A stretch of DNA of 52,681 bases, counting the filler, from Circinaria calcarea (lineage: Eukaryota): assembly GCA_051942165.1 (NCBI GenBank). It is 3 parts of 3 records of this genome, joined end to end, with 100 filler letters (N's around TTAATTAATTAA, not from the genome) between each part and the next. Parts side by side here need not be neighbours in the genome. Positions count along the whole stretch, not along the records: positions 1 to 17,544 come from JAVECS010000265.1; 2 more parts are not named here. One strand, written 5' to 3'. Below are positions 1 to 12,526 of the stretch, piece after piece; within the stretch, counting starts at the first letter, position 1; each line of letters starts with the position of its first letter. The notes under the pieces were generated by a model, which ran no database searches, was not told where the DNA came from, and saw only the letters and a list, made by a program, of their open reading frames with translations. Made by a program: the position numbers and the translations under genes.

Positions 1-206
1 CATTATACACTTAATGTACTTGTATATATAATGTCTGTGGACAAATATCATTATACACTTAATGTACTCGCACACATGTTATTATACACTTAATGTAGTC
101 ACACACATGTTATTATATACTTAATGTACTCGCACACATTATATCTATGGACAAATATTATTATACAATTAGTGTACTCACACACATGATGTCTACAGAC
201 AAATGT
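1..206. repeat. Degenerate tandem repeat, mixed 48- and 31-bp units (core TATTATACACTTAATGTACTCGCACACATG)
   Basis: Five copies starting at 1, 49, 80, 111 and 159; differences are mostly C>T/G>A (RIP-like). Confidence 0.85.
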
Positions 207-526
207 TTTGTTATTTCTCTATCAACCCCTAGCCTCCAGATGATAGAATAAACACTATACCCTTTTTTTCCATAACGATGTTTTCGAACCTATTCGTTGA
301 CTATCTACGTTGAAGACCTTCTAGAAGAGAGCAGATCACCGCAATTCTATCACAGAACCAATAGCAGTATCGCAGGGATTTATAATATTTTCTGTTAAGC
401 TCTAGTCCACGTTGATCTATATCTACCCCACTCGTTCCCTTATTATGGATACCATAAAATAATTCGCGAATGAGGCAAGCCCACAGCTTAGCTTAGCGAT
501 AGGTGCCGAAGCTTACCCCGAACGTG

Positions 527-1782
527 TCAATCCTCCGAAGGCTGGTACTCTAGTTCGTAGAGCCTGACTTTATCATTTAAATGGTCACGAACAAGACTGC
601 GTAGATCATCGCGAAGTTTATTTGTTCCGGAGACTATGATCGTCAGCACACAGAGCCTGTAGAATTTATAATATTCCTACCAGTAACAAGCATTTTTGCG
701 CCTTTATAAGTTTCTGTACTCTTTGCTTCGATCTCCTTTTCAAGTATATCCCTCAAGTTCGCTGAGCCTGAGTAGCCCACAGGTGGATTCTCTATTGGTT
801 TCTCAGGGTCATTGAATATAAACTTCTCCACATTGCCGGATTCTAAGTGGATGGAGACGTCGAGGGCCTGCCAAGTGTTAGAGTAACAAAACTAAGCGGG
901 AGGACAAGCCACAGACAAGTGAACCGGTAGGATAAAAGTCGAGAAAACGCTCTAATGACTGTCCGATATCTGGTTTTGTTAGGACACTGAATACTCGATT
1001 CAGCCCGTTGAATTATTCCCATTTAGATATAAATAACGGATAATATGGATTGTGAGAGTCAATAGAAAACTCCCGGCAATGAGATATAGATATAATCGAA
1101 GAGCATTCGGCACTAATGGCAGATGTCGCCAGACACAGTAAACGAACAGTACCGCCAGGGCCTGATGAATTCGAAGGAATAGTTCATATGAAGGTTTGCG
1201 TAGAATTGGTAGCGAGAGCAAGAGAAGAAGAACCAGAGAAGAAATTCCCTATCCCTAAGATTAGCTCACTAAGGCAGAATGATTGATGAAGCTTACAATG
1301 ACAGCGTAAAGATTTTCTTGATCGTCTAGGGGCAAAGGAGCTTTATTAGCTATAGAAATCAGTGTATGGAGAACGATGAATGCGGAAGACATAATCCCTG
1401 ATGATCTATGCATGTATTTGTAGGTGCGTAGTGTCACCCCGAGGTAGTCGGCAAGAAAACTAAAGTGGGGGCCCAAAAATAAAAGGATCATGTTGATTAG
1501 GGAGAGCCTCGCTGCTCGAAGACCCACTTGCGGCGTGGAAGCCAGCCGAAAAGAGAAACAGAAGGCGTTGATTGCAATATATATCAGCTGAGTGGTAATA
1601 TCGATATTTCTCCAGGGCCCGAGTAATCTATGACGGCTGACTAAGTTTGAATAGAAGAGGACTTTTATAAGTATAAGCCACAACTTATACAGAATTCTGA
1701 TTCTATGGAACAAGATGCGGGCTAGAAGTAGGATAAAAAGGAGGCCCGCCATCGTGATGGCGTATATTTGGGTTATATCCAT
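527..1782 (-). pseudogene. Ferric reductase-like (FRE) transmembrane protein, internally deleted
   Basis: Exons 1261-1782 and 1000-1221 carry TM helices with heme-type His motifs (YMHRSSG, VLHT, RIHQALA, WRHL). The spliced C-terminus reads VSGTNKLRDDLRSLVRDHLNDKVRLYELEYQPSED* (stop 527-529). The FAD/NAD-binding middle is missing between ~1000 and ~870. Confidence 0.75.
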
Positions 1783-2077
1783 GGGTAAGTATGCAGCCTA
1801 TCCAGAGACCGAGCACAGTGTGTATTAGGAAATTGGTTTGGTAACACGAAGTAAATACTAAAGAGGTAAGATAGGGAAATTATATAAAGAAAAGAAGTGG
1901 CATCCAAGACGGGCGCCAGTATCAAAAGTGGATGCCAAAATAACAATTCGCTTTGAGAGTACATTATATAAGTGCCTCCGGCGAATACAGAATATATTGC
2001 AGATAGAATCTGTACCAAAAATCGACGATTATAGAAACATGTTTAGAAACTTTAATAAAGGTTTGCCCAAACGACCG

Positions 2078-3230
2078 TTATATTTCTCGAAATTCCGGCG
2101 AGTATTTGTATGGTCTCGCGACTGAGATCCGACCAAGCAGTACTAGTACATTAAGCTCTTCCCTCTGCCATGGACTTTTTATTAAAGGATGCTAGTGATA
2201 TTAGGCTATGCTGTTCAACGATACAACATTAACTCACCTCTAAAAGTACGTCCACAGTAGTAGCGGAAGTAGTAGCGGAGAGAAAATCCACGGCATTTGA
2301 ATCGGAGGGCCAAAGTTTTAGGTCGTCTACTCCAACAGCTCCGTCGTCCTTAACATGTTTTTGCATTAGTTCCATGGTAATAGAGCTTAGTGCCCTAAGG
2401 TCTTTGCTATTGGACTTATTAGATGGCCTTGAATCGTTGCAGCATTCGTGGTTCGCTTGCGGTATTTAATCAATAGTTATGTTTAAGCGGAAGACATTTA
2501 CTTACTGATTTTAAGAGCTCCCTTATAATTTAGCAAAATGTTGAAACAAGTAAGATTACCGTGCTCAAGTCCTTTCGAAGAGAGGTAAGAAAGCCCTTGA
2601 AGGATCTGCCACTTAGCACTCATTTCGCCTTTAAACAATAGAGGAACTCACCTGTCCAAGGATTGCCGCTAATTCACGCTCATTTGAATAAGCACGAGAC
2701 CGGACAATCTGAAAAAGACATACATCCATATAATCCGATACAATATAGATAGACCCATCGAAATTAAACGCTTCGAAAACTCTAGTGAAACTTTTATGAG
2801 ATATGCTTGTAAGCATATCAAGCTTTTTCTTAGCATCTGGACTTGAAATCTTCCGTATAACATAAAGGGTATTATTATCGTTCGGCCAGAATTTATTTCT
2901 CTGCTTTACCACAGTAATTAAGCCGCCCTGCTCGACCTCCAAGCCTCTCGTCCTGTACGCATCCCATGGCGATTGAGGTTTTATCTTCAAATGCTCGTAT
3001 GCCCTTTTCCCGGAGTCAACAATACCGGGGAGTATTATAGGAGCGAGACCATCGGTATCCGCCGCATCCTTAGAGGAAGAAAACTTCCTTTTCTTGTGCA
3101 TAAGAGAGGAATTTAGTTGCTGCTTTTGCAGCCGATTATTGAGGCGCTCTCGTTGCGAAGTCTGTAGTTTGGTTGTTTGCAGTTTTCGGACGTCGACTTT
3201 CCCCGCATTTTCAACACGGCTGGATTCCAT
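2078..3230 (-). pseudogene. Protein kinase-like (pseudokinase), multi-exon, probable 3' frameshift
   Basis: Kinase-fold motifs ISHKSFTRVFEAF, IYIVSDYMDVCL, ERELAAILGQ, then spliced ILQGLSYLSSKGLEHGNLTCFNILL and DLRALSSITMELMQ. The catalytic HRD Asp and DFG are absent. Confidence 0.65.
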
Positions 3231-3852
3231 ACCTAGAGTTGATCGTTGTATAATAAAACCTCGAACGTAGTCGTATAGAGAGCAGCAGATTGTTAGAATA
3301 GCGAGCTGCTTTTTGAAGTATTAGAAGTCGGGTGGTTAAAGGAAGAAGAGGATAAGGAATGGGGCAGCCGAAAGTAGATGCTCACCAACGCAGCCAAAAG
3401 GACCTGCCATCTTGATATATCAATCGAGCTCTTACTTATTCTTGGACACGGCAAGCCTCATTTAAAAGATTGCCATCTACAGCATGCATAGCAGCGGGCT
3501 GCGAGACGGTGAGCGAAGGCTTGTTGAAGAGGGCCGATTGTAAACCTCACCGGGATGCGGATTGTTAACAATATATGTTAAAATCCAATTACTGCAAGAT
3601 CCTTGATTTTTGTTGATTCAATTCGATTCCTTTGTCCCAAAGGGTCCACCCGGTTGGGCGTAAACCTTATATTTTGCTGCGATTCGTGACAAATGAGCCG
3701 GGCCATAGAGATAGGATTGTACCTGGTCATCAAAAGACTTGCAAGCCACAGCAGACACACTGCGAATAGATAGCAGCACAGCGGTTCGTTCTAGGTCCAC
3801 TGGCTTTAGAATTGAAGCGAACATTGCTTGGTATTATCTGAACAGACGATAT

Positions 3853-5883
3853 TCAAACACCAAAATGTACGTACGGAACCCAGTGCGATGGAATCCCTAC
3901 CGATCCCGTCCCTTCGCAGTCGTCGTCATCGTTCAGATCGGCATCTCTCGGCAATCTATTCTCCTCATTGCTTGCACTTCGAGCCTTCGTCTTGCCCTCC
4001 GCCAACCGTACGTCTACCTTTCCGACCAATCTACTTCCAAGTCTGGCCTTTTCTAGCATGTTTAACCAACGATCCCGAAGCTCTCTGGTAGCTTTGTGGA
4101 GCCCCCGACACACAGAATCATCTTCCATGCCTCCATCCTTTATCCCTTCGTACGTGATTCTCGCCATTTCCACACAGATCATCATTCACCTCCCACAGTG
4201 TACCGATAACGTGGCGAAACCCTACCAGCTGAAACGCACTGATTAGATGGATACTTTCGTCGAAGAACCTCTTATCCATAATCTGACCAGTCCCACAAGC
4301 CGAGAGATAGGCAAGAATGGTGAGCTTTCTCGAATATTTATTTCTAGAAGAGTAGGTACCGTCAACGGGTTATTTTCCTCGTCTCCTAGAAGTAAATGGC
4401 TCTTGGATGGGTCATCCGTATCTGTGTAGCCATGGCCAGCGAAGTGAAATATCTTAGATTGTGGCAAGTGTGATAGAATATCTTGTTTACCTTGTCCTGA
4501 CTGAATAGAGTTAAATGCCATCGATTTACACAATCTTCGTACCATCTCTATCTCTTTATTTGCAGAAGGAAGCTCAAGCTTCCCTTTATACTTGATAGCG
4601 ACAAGGAGCGCCTGGGCTGAGGTAGCTGGCATAATACGACGTCGGCGACCGTGTATAATTGTCTTGATTGACGAGCTGTAGGAAGACATAACCCTATCAA
4701 GCACCGTTTTAGAAGAACCTTTGCCATGATATCCAGCCGCGTGGAGAGGAAATTTGCTCAAAGGCCCAGTAGGAATCCACCACACGTGAGGCCAATCACC
4801 GTTAGACGGAGACTGAGTGAACCCCAAAGCGTTTAAGATCGGATTCATAACCGTATCCCATAGCCACTCTAGGACTCTAGGATTCCCTAGATCATTAGTC
4901 TGTGTCCTTTGGTTGATCTGTTCGATATTGAGATTAGGTAAAGCTAAGAACCGTATTTCATGCTGCTCAACAAGTATTGCATCGGAGCGGTGCTCGCTAA
5001 CATTAATAACAACAATAGGACCGCATTCTGCAGTATCTAGCATTTCCTTTCTGCTAGGGGCACCTAAGAAGTCCTCAAATCCAGGTTGCTTGCGAACTTC
5101 AGCGATCAGCTGGTCAAGCTCCTTGTCTGCCCTGTAGCGCGAATCTGTTTGGGCCTGCCCGCTTGTTCCGCGACTCTGTTCTGTGGAAGAGATATTGCGT
5201 GAAAAAGGTAGCTCTAGTTTATCGCGAAGACGAACAAATTGCTCAGCCAGCTTCGGATATCTTTCTTGTAGGTCTAGAACGTCTGTCCGCATCTCCTCAA
5301 GAGATGCCGCAAGCACACCACGACCCTGCTCAAGAAATTCCAACGCAACTAATGGCCCTTTCTCCGCATATAATGCTACCGCTGCTGCATCGGAGGCAAA
5401 GCCTACTACTTGGCCAAGCATATGTTGTTTGTCGAAATTCTCAAGGGATCGTAACGTTAATTTAGGAATAAGATGAACAGCAATATTCGAAGCTTCGTAA
5501 GCTTGCTGCCAATATGAAAGAATTGCACAGCATCGAAGAACTTCTCTGCCAGCTGCTACTCGAATAATAGTAAACGAGGTTGGGTGACTTAAAGCGAACT
5601 GATTGAATGAAATAGCTTCCTCAAGGTCGGCCATTGCTCCTGTTCGCGCGTATCTATTACCGAGTCGATTTCCGAGATTGTTTAAACATGCTGCTCGGCT
5701 TGGGTCGTTTTCTGGTATCGCCTCGACAGCTTCCCGTCCGGTTTGAATAGCTTCTTCGAGATCAGCCATTGCTCCTGTTCGCCAGTACGCTTCAACAGCT
5801 TCCCTCCAACTCGAATAGCATTTTGGAGGTCGGCCATCTTGCCCGTGTCGATAGTTAAGTGATATCCTTGTTGACAAGGTCAC
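3853..5883 (-). pseudogene. TPR-repeat + CHAT (caspase-like CD clan) protease, two frameshifts
   Basis: TPR-like repeats (RTGAMADLEEAI x2), WWIPTGPLSKFPLHAAG, SSYSSS, FHFAGHG. After a frameshift near 4313 it reads AYLSACGTG...ESIHLISAFQLVGFRHVIGTLWEVND. A second shift near 4175 leads to ...WVPYVHFGV*. Confidence 0.9.
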
Positions 5884-6388
5884 ATATGGCCGTTATGAAT
5901 TGATTGGAATCCTGATTTCAAGAGACCCGTTGTTACAACACGTCTCCTAAACTTTGGAGTTAGTAGTAATAATGATAGATGAATTTTGAACGGCCGCCGT
6001 TTTAACTTACACAAGATAAATTAGGTAGGATGTACTGAAAGGGGATTGCCGAATGTCATGTAGCAATAATAAGTCTGCGAAGTAGTAAACTGAATCGACA
6101 CTAATGTTTACTGCAACTCAGGGCGTGATAATTTATAGGCGAGGCTGTGTTCTAAACTTATTACCTTCAATGCTCCCTTGTGGTCAGCGGTTGGTTATAA
6201 GCCATGGTCACACTACATTGTAAGGAAACGAAAAGGAGAGGAAGACTGCCTAAGGCTGATTGTAGCCCCGCCTGACCTGCTACGCTATTTGATTGGAGCT
6301 CAATCAGGTAACTACGCTCCCATAGTGGCCTAGACACAAACTGCCCGATGACGGCTTGTATTTGCTGGGCAGACCTGCATTATAGCAG

Positions 6389-8270
6389 TTTGATTAATTG
6401 ATTGATTGATTCTTACTTCGTTCCAGCCAATTAGGCCATGCGGGTATAGCTAATCATGCATTATGCGCATTTATGTACGGGTTATGCAGGTTATGCAGAG
6501 CACACTCCTCTGCTGGCTCATCTACGAACTACCCTTAAAACGTGGTTTATACTACTGACCTTAGCGCTTCCCTTGCCCCACTAAACTGTCCTAGGAGTCC
6601 GGTTTTTAGAATTATGTCGATGGCAGCCCTTAGGGTGTCCGGTTCTCCTAGTAATTTGGTCAGATCCCGGTGCCTGGTACGTCCAAAGGCCTCCCATCTT
6701 TCCTGCGTCCACCTGCTGCACGCCAGTAGTACATGATGCACCCTCTGATCTCCTTCTCCACAGATGCATAGCGGTGTATCGAAGCCTGGGACATTTCTTC
6801 CGTGGAGGAACTCCCCCAAACCGATCTTACCTGTCCTCAGCTGCACCCCGATTGTACTCTAGGGACCTTTAGCTGGTGTTTGGGTCCTCCTGCGGCGTCA
6901 TGGTCTGCCTTTTTTGCTGGTATCGTGTCGGTCGTTGTCCCGCCGGGTTGTGGCTGTCGGTTGTAGATAAAGGAGGGGGGATAGGGATGCTTGCCTCGTA
7001 GATCCGCTGGAAAGGTTTCGGTTCATCGTTTTATTTGCCCCCGTCTCTTCGTTGTAAAGTACCGGTCACACCTCGAGTGCTGCTTTAATCCTCTCCTCCT
7101 TCTTATTCAGCTTACAGGACCTGTCCCAGGCGGGATGTCCATCTTCCCCGCATGCAGCACATTTCAGCTTCGTCTTATCTCCCTTGACACCGCATTCCTT
7201 TATGTCGTGAGGGCCCGTGCAAAAGGCGCACTTCTGGGCTCTCCTGCTCATGGGTGCCATGTGTCTATATTGGTGGCATTGGAAGCATTGTTTCCGCCGG
7301 CACTTCGTATCCCATAGCTCACATTCGTGTATCTTGCACACAAACGCTAGCCTTTTCCTGGTAGCCTCGTTTGCCGTTGATGCTTTGTCGAAGCTCACCA
7401 CCAAAGAGGTATGTGTCGTTCAGGGCAAGCTTGGCCCATGTGATCCTTTTGATCCCTCCTTCCTGCAGTACGTCCATGTTCTCGGCTCTGAGTGCCTCAA
7501 AAGTGACCTCTAGTTTCTCCATATCTACCGCTTTAACCCTGACACCGTGCACTAACACCTGGTATGTTGGAGTGATGATCTCCGCGTCTCGATCGAGTGA
7601 CTGTAGCCATCCTTGGGGTTTCATCAATTCCGCTTTGTTGATGACGTTCGCTATGGCCACGCTGATATCGCCGCTCCACATCTGTCTAGCCGCAATGGCC
7701 CTGCCGCCCGTTTTTCCTTCCAGGGCCTTGTTGATGTTCGCCACTAGAAGCGGTGCCGTCGTGCACCGGATCCTTTCCACTGCCACTGCGTTCTTGATGC
7801 GTACCTTGATATCGCTGTTCGCTCTCGGGTCCATGACCTGCTTCGGCGTAACCGTTTGGTTAGTGGGTGTTGTACTGTACTGTGTTTTCGTGGGGGGAGG
7901 GGGTTACGTGGTTTCCGCGAGCAGCTGTAGCATAAGTCGCTATTTTGTTCGCACTTAAGGCAAAGTGCTCAAGTACTTTATCTACTTTCTCTTCCACGTC
8001 TGCTATCATACTCTTATGTTCGCGTTGTATTTGCTCCTGATTTTCCTAGATTTCCTTTGGATAAGCCTAGTGTTTTCCTTGGACTTCCTTCAGCTGTGCC
8101 TGGACCCTGGCCTGGAGTCTTTCTTCGTGTTCCTGGTTCCCCCTTTCATCGCTGATATGATCAGTTGTTGTAGTGTAGCTAGATTAATGTTCGCGGTGGC
8201 TTCCGGGGGGTCGGACACGTCTGCCATTCTTTTCCCTTCCGAGGTCTCCACCACGCGTCTAGACGCCTAG
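6389..8270 (-). mobile_element. Internally deleted non-LTR retrotransposon (Tad/LINE-like)
   Basis: Broken gag-like ORF1 (ATG ~8227; VLVHGV; zinc knuckles CFQCHQYRH, CAFCTGPH, CAACGEDGH at 7066-7404). It joins directly to the ORF2 C-terminal zinc finger (QLRTGKIGL...CICGEGDQRVHHVLLAC, 6547-6846) and an (AATC)n-type tail at ~6390-6411. The endonuclease and RT core are absent. Confidence 0.85.
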
Positions 8271-9507
8271 TGTAGACTTGATAAATGTAAAAAAACTGCA
8301 GGGAATCGATTGCGATAAGTTTTATTCAGTTTTGACTGTTCGCAGCGACTGTCCCGATAATGGTTGTTACAGTCTGCTTGTATCTGCTTTTGAGCGCACG
8401 GTTTAATGGCCCGTTCCACCTTGCGTTCTGAGTACATAAAGCGGATCTAGACGTGTAAAAGTTAGTATATAAAGGCTGTTAGAGAATTTAGTATCGATAT
8501 GAAATTAAAGGATTTACACTTGAAGTGTGAGCAACATTTGATTTTGCTTGGCGCTGGGGCCTTAGCGTATCAGGCTTATGGCATAATTGACCATGAGCCT
8601 ACATACTAGCCCGTTTTCGACCAAGCGCATATTTCGAAAACACCCTACAAAACTCCTCAATCAAGCCACGCAGGACTATTCCCATTACTTGGCAGTACTG
8701 GGTAACAGAATTTGTCGTCCTTGGATAATGGTACAGTTTCTTACCTTAGGGAGTCATGAACCCTGTGAAATCCCAGTCCTACTGCCTGTTGCTGTCCCGT
8801 AGTAAAGCCCTTCAAGGCTGATTACAGAACGGAGCAAGATGTAGTATATTCCATTTAAAGATATGCCTGGCTAACTCGAAGTTAAGTTTGGTGGCATCAT
8901 TATAACAGCCACAAGCCCGCTCTATCCCTTGCCATACTGTTTTTCAAGTTCATATTGCCTGTTGGCGCACATGGTTCGCTTGAAATTCTCGAGGAAAACA
9001 TCCAGCATTGGGCCCGACCGGCCTGGCTTTTCCCCAAGCGGCCATAGCTCCCGAAAGGATCTCTCTCCAAACCTCGATCGATGGTGTAAATACAACTGCT
9101 ATGGCAGCTATACTGCTTTACCAGAGCAGCTTTCGCAGCTCGGGTAGCACCTTGTATGTATTAAAAAGTTAGCTCTATTTAACCCCCGGTTCTACTGCCC
9201 GAAAACGACCGAGGGGACTGTCCCAATGCCAAGTCTTACAGCGACAACTTAGCCTCGAGCAAGTTTGCTGCCTTGATGTTGCACGCTTTGCGGGCTGCAC
9301 ACGTATGTGTAAAAATCAAGGCGCGAATGTCTTAAAGGTGTTACTCACTTATAATATTATATGATTAGGCAAAGAGTTACTTGAAGAGTTACGGACTAGG
9401 CGAACAGATATATATTTAGTACATTCGAAGACTTCCTTTGCGTTACCTCTTGTACACTTACCTTAGTCCTAGCTAGGTCTCAATTTGATTCTAGGCCCCA
9501 CCCGTGT

Positions 9508-11565
9508 TTAGTTCTTGATAACAGTTCGTATAGAGATATTACGACAAGCCCATTTGACGGGAGCTTCCTCGCTTTTTGATGGCGAAAGTCTCCCTTTATT
9601 TTCAGTGAAGCTCTCCTGGACCAGTGTACCAAACTTTTCAGCAGAGGAATCTCCTCTAGTCTTAACTTGATTCCACAAGTCCGGCAACTCGATAGAGGAT
9701 ACTCTACGCACAGGGCTAGTACTGACGATGAACTTCAGGATGTCATCTGCTTGCACGCCGCCGCTTTCCTTGATCCGCTGCGGAACTTTCATCCGGGGCA
9801 GTAGTCGAATCGTTCCCGAAGTCGTGATGGCTTCAGAAGTGTTTTTGGGCAGCGCATCCTGTGTACAAACGGTCTCGCACTCCTTGCTACGTGGATATAT
9901 CCTCCTAATCTGTTTAAGAGGCATCAAATTCAAGAGCGTGAAGTACAGGACACCATTGGTGTTGTTTTGGAATGTAATAACGATCTTTTCTTGATCCTGA
10001 ACTTCGATAAAGTTTTCCTTTAGGACGTTGCTGGGGTTATTCTTGGCTTGAACGCCAATACTGAAATTGGATTCAGATAGAGCATTGACATTTCTGTTAT
10101 CTAGAGCCTGAACGAAAGCGAATTTGGCTAGATGTTCGAGTATGGTCACGACCCCTTTCTCCGCTTCCGCGTTTACTCTTTCCATACGGGGAAGATTCGG
10201 AATCTTCTGGTCCTTGTAATCCAGAATTCCGAATTGGTTGTTGGTAAGAGTAACCGAGAAACAGGGAACATCGAAAGGGATTAGCTCATCCACCGGAAGC
10301 TCATGAAGCCACATATTTTGCTCAACCATTTGGTTCAAGGTGTTTTCCGCTTCAGGATACAGCTTCACATGCGCTCGAGGCTTGGCCAGGACTGTAAGAG
10401 CAGCCGAACATCCTAACTTTATCTGAGGACAATCTTCTTTTGGTGTTTTGGCGACGATTCTTTCCGCTACTGAGTGTGCAGCCTGGACGTCTGTGATCAC
10501 AACTTTGCTAACCTGCTCTTTAGCCCCTTCGACAGTGCAGACTTCATATTCATCACCAACACAAACTCCGTGAATAAGCCCTGCGTTCAGCCACAGCTGC
10601 CGATTATCCAAGACCTTGATCACTTCGCAGGCAGACCCTGAATTTTTTATCGCAGCTTTAGACCCCATGAACACAGCCGCTTGATTACCTAGTAGAATGG
10701 GATTCTGCGCGGGGATCTTGGTGTACATTCTGGCACAGGCTCGCCTGTAAATCAAATCATAGGTGATCTCCACGATTTGGTTTCTCAAGTAGAACTCGAG
10801 AGCCTCGAGTATATGATATGACAAGCCACCATGATGTTTTCCTCTGCTTGCCTCAATCTCCTTAGCGACCTCATGAGGGCCACAGGCCGTAATCAGAGCA
10901 TAACCCCGAGGATTTAAGAGCCAGTGACTTTTTGAAATAGAATCGCGGAGAGTGTCGCAGTTGGAATCTGCGGACATTGTGAGCATCGATGCTTGCAAAG
11001 GAAACTCGGCGTCAACCTCGGCGTTCCACGGTATGCTGCGGACGGTATTCGAATCGTTGCGAGAGATGCTGCCAGAGTGACACGCATCCACAACCATAGT
11101 AAGGCTCAGTCCGCTCTGCACCATATCATCCAGCAACCGGGCAAGCTCTACCCCTCGCAGATAGCGTATACGAAACCTAGCATGACGATCGAGAAGCACC
11201 AAGGCAGCATCCATCTCATAGTGCTCCATATAGGCTAACTCCGAATCCCTGGTTGGCTTTAGAGTTCCATGGCCCGAGTAATGAATGTGTACGACATCTC
11301 CTGAGGACGCTTTGGTGGTGATTTGCTTCAGTGCAGTAGTAACATTCTCCCATGTAGGCCATATTCCTTTAGGTTCCGGAGGTTCTACCTGAGCCGAGTC
11401 TCCAGTAACAGAAGCTACCAATTTAATGATTTCAAGGTCCTTGTAGCGGTTTTGCAAAGTGATTTCGATCTCGTTCACATCATTCACTCCACCGCGAAGC
11501 CTGTTAGCTGATTCAGGGTAGAAATCAATACCAATAAGAACTAGCCATGCTTTGAAGTTCGGCAT
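9508..11565 (-). CDS. Caspase-family (peptidase C14) protein with long C-terminal extension, 685 aa, no intron needed
   Basis: WLVLIGIDFY, LRGGVNDV, catalytic dyad motifs HYSGHG and DACHSG, ACGPHEVAKE, GGLSYH, QNPIL; open throughout. Confidence 0.92.
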   Translation of the reverse strand: MPNFKAWLVLIGIDFYPESANRLRGGVNDVNEIEITLQNRYKDLEIIKLVASVTGDSAQVEPPEPKGIWPTWENVTTALKQITTKASSGDVVHIHYSGHGTLKPTRDSELAYMEHYEMDAALVLLDRHARFRIRYLRGVELARLLDDMVQSGLSLTMVVDACHSGSISRNDSNTVRSIPWNAEVDAEFPLQASMLTMSADSNCDTLRDSISKSHWLLNPRGYALITACGPHEVAKEIEASRGKHHGGLSYHILEALEFYLRNQIVEITYDLIYRRACARMYTKIPAQNPILLGNQAAVFMGSKAAIKNSGSACEVIKVLDNRQLWLNAGLIHGVCVGDEYEVCTVEGAKEQVSKVVITDVQAAHSVAERIVAKTPKEDCPQIKLGCSAALTVLAKPRAHVKLYPEAENTLNQMVEQNMWLHELPVDELIPFDVPCFSVTLTNNQFGILDYKDQKIPNLPRMERVNAEAEKGVVTILEHLAKFAFVQALDNRNVNALSESNFSIGVQAKNNPSNVLKENFIEVQDQEKIVITFQNNTNGVLYFTLLNLMPLKQIRRIYPRSKECETVCTQDALPKNTSEAITTSGTIRLLPRMKVPQRIKESGGVQADDILKFIVSTSPVRRVSSIELPDLWNQVKTRGDSSAEKFGTLVQESFTENKGRLSPSKSEEAPVKWACRNISIRTVIKN

Positions 11566-11599
11566 TAGACATATATCAGGAAATCAACCGCAGACAATG

Positions 11600-12312
11600 A
11601 TAGGCAAGATGCTGTAGGCAAAATACTTGTGTGGCACGGCTGGTGATGTGTTTGTTATGGTGCGGGGAAGCTCTAGAATAGGACCGAAGAACAACAACCT
11701 CTGAGCTATGATGCTGATCTATTCTAGTCCAGAGCTGCGCATTACATTGTTTCCATGCCCACTACGCCAGGTTCCTGCACATCGCTCATCGTCGCCGAGG
11801 AAGTTGCCTCCATCAGGGGGCACTGTGGCTATGTAGCCCTGACCACCGATCTGGAGGGCCAAGCCTCTCCTCGAGGCTCTCAAGTTTCGCAGCCGCGGTT
11901 GCGCACACCCAATAGAGCCAGCACGAAGCGCGCTGCTCGTGGGAGAAGGAGATAATGCAGAACAACTGACCTTTGCAGACCTTAATACGGTGGTCACGGA
12001 CCATTCCAATACACGAATCGTGGATCTCTCTGTCAGCAGAGATACAATTGCTTAGCCTGGCGAACAAGGGCATTCATCTAGTAAGCGGATTCCAGCATTC
12101 TGGCATTTTATTGGGACGCTGTAGTGAGCAGATAATGAGGCAGCAGTTGAGATTGCGGGGAAACTTTACGGGAATTGCTTCAGGGCGTTGTAGTTGCGGA
12201 GCATAAGGAGAGGGAGAAGAGGGGGCGGTGGCGAGCGTTGAATGAAGCCGTGCTTGCTGTCGAAATGAAGGGAATACTGGTCGGAGGGCGAAGCCACAAT
12301 TGTTTATAGCAC
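11600..12312 (+). pseudogene. Heavily decayed CHAT protease domain
   Basis: Motifs spread across frames: IVSMPTTPG, VAEEVASI, PIEPARSALLVGEGDNAEQLTFADL, LSLANKGIHLVSGFQ, DNEAAVEIAGKLY, LNEAVLA. Boundaries are approximate. Confidence 0.7.
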
Positions 12313-12526
12313 TGCGCTGAGAGGTGAGCTAAAGCAGTGGCAATGCCTACGGGCAAACTTTGACTGAGGGACTATACTATGCGTGGATGCCCACGCCTTT
12401 ATATAGTGCAGTGAGGGTGATTACACTGGAAGGTGTGATCCAACAATGTGCTATGCAGCGCCAATGGGTTGTACCTATCCTATCATGCGACAATACTTGG
12501 ATGAAGGTATCACCGCTTTTGCGGAA

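Noticed and set aside
1..206. CRISPR-like array (also 31010-31140)
   Set aside because: Eukaryotic context, no unique spacers, no cas genes.
3400..3824. Possible DUF3723 remnant between CHAT-1 and the kinase
   Set aside because: No motif I can recognise with confidence.
6368..8290. Target-site duplication for the LINE (GCAGACCTG vs GTAGACTTG)
   Set aside because: Too short and divergent to support.
8280..9330. Possible gasdermin or other effector next to the caspase
   Set aside because: Only short ORFs with no recognisable motifs.
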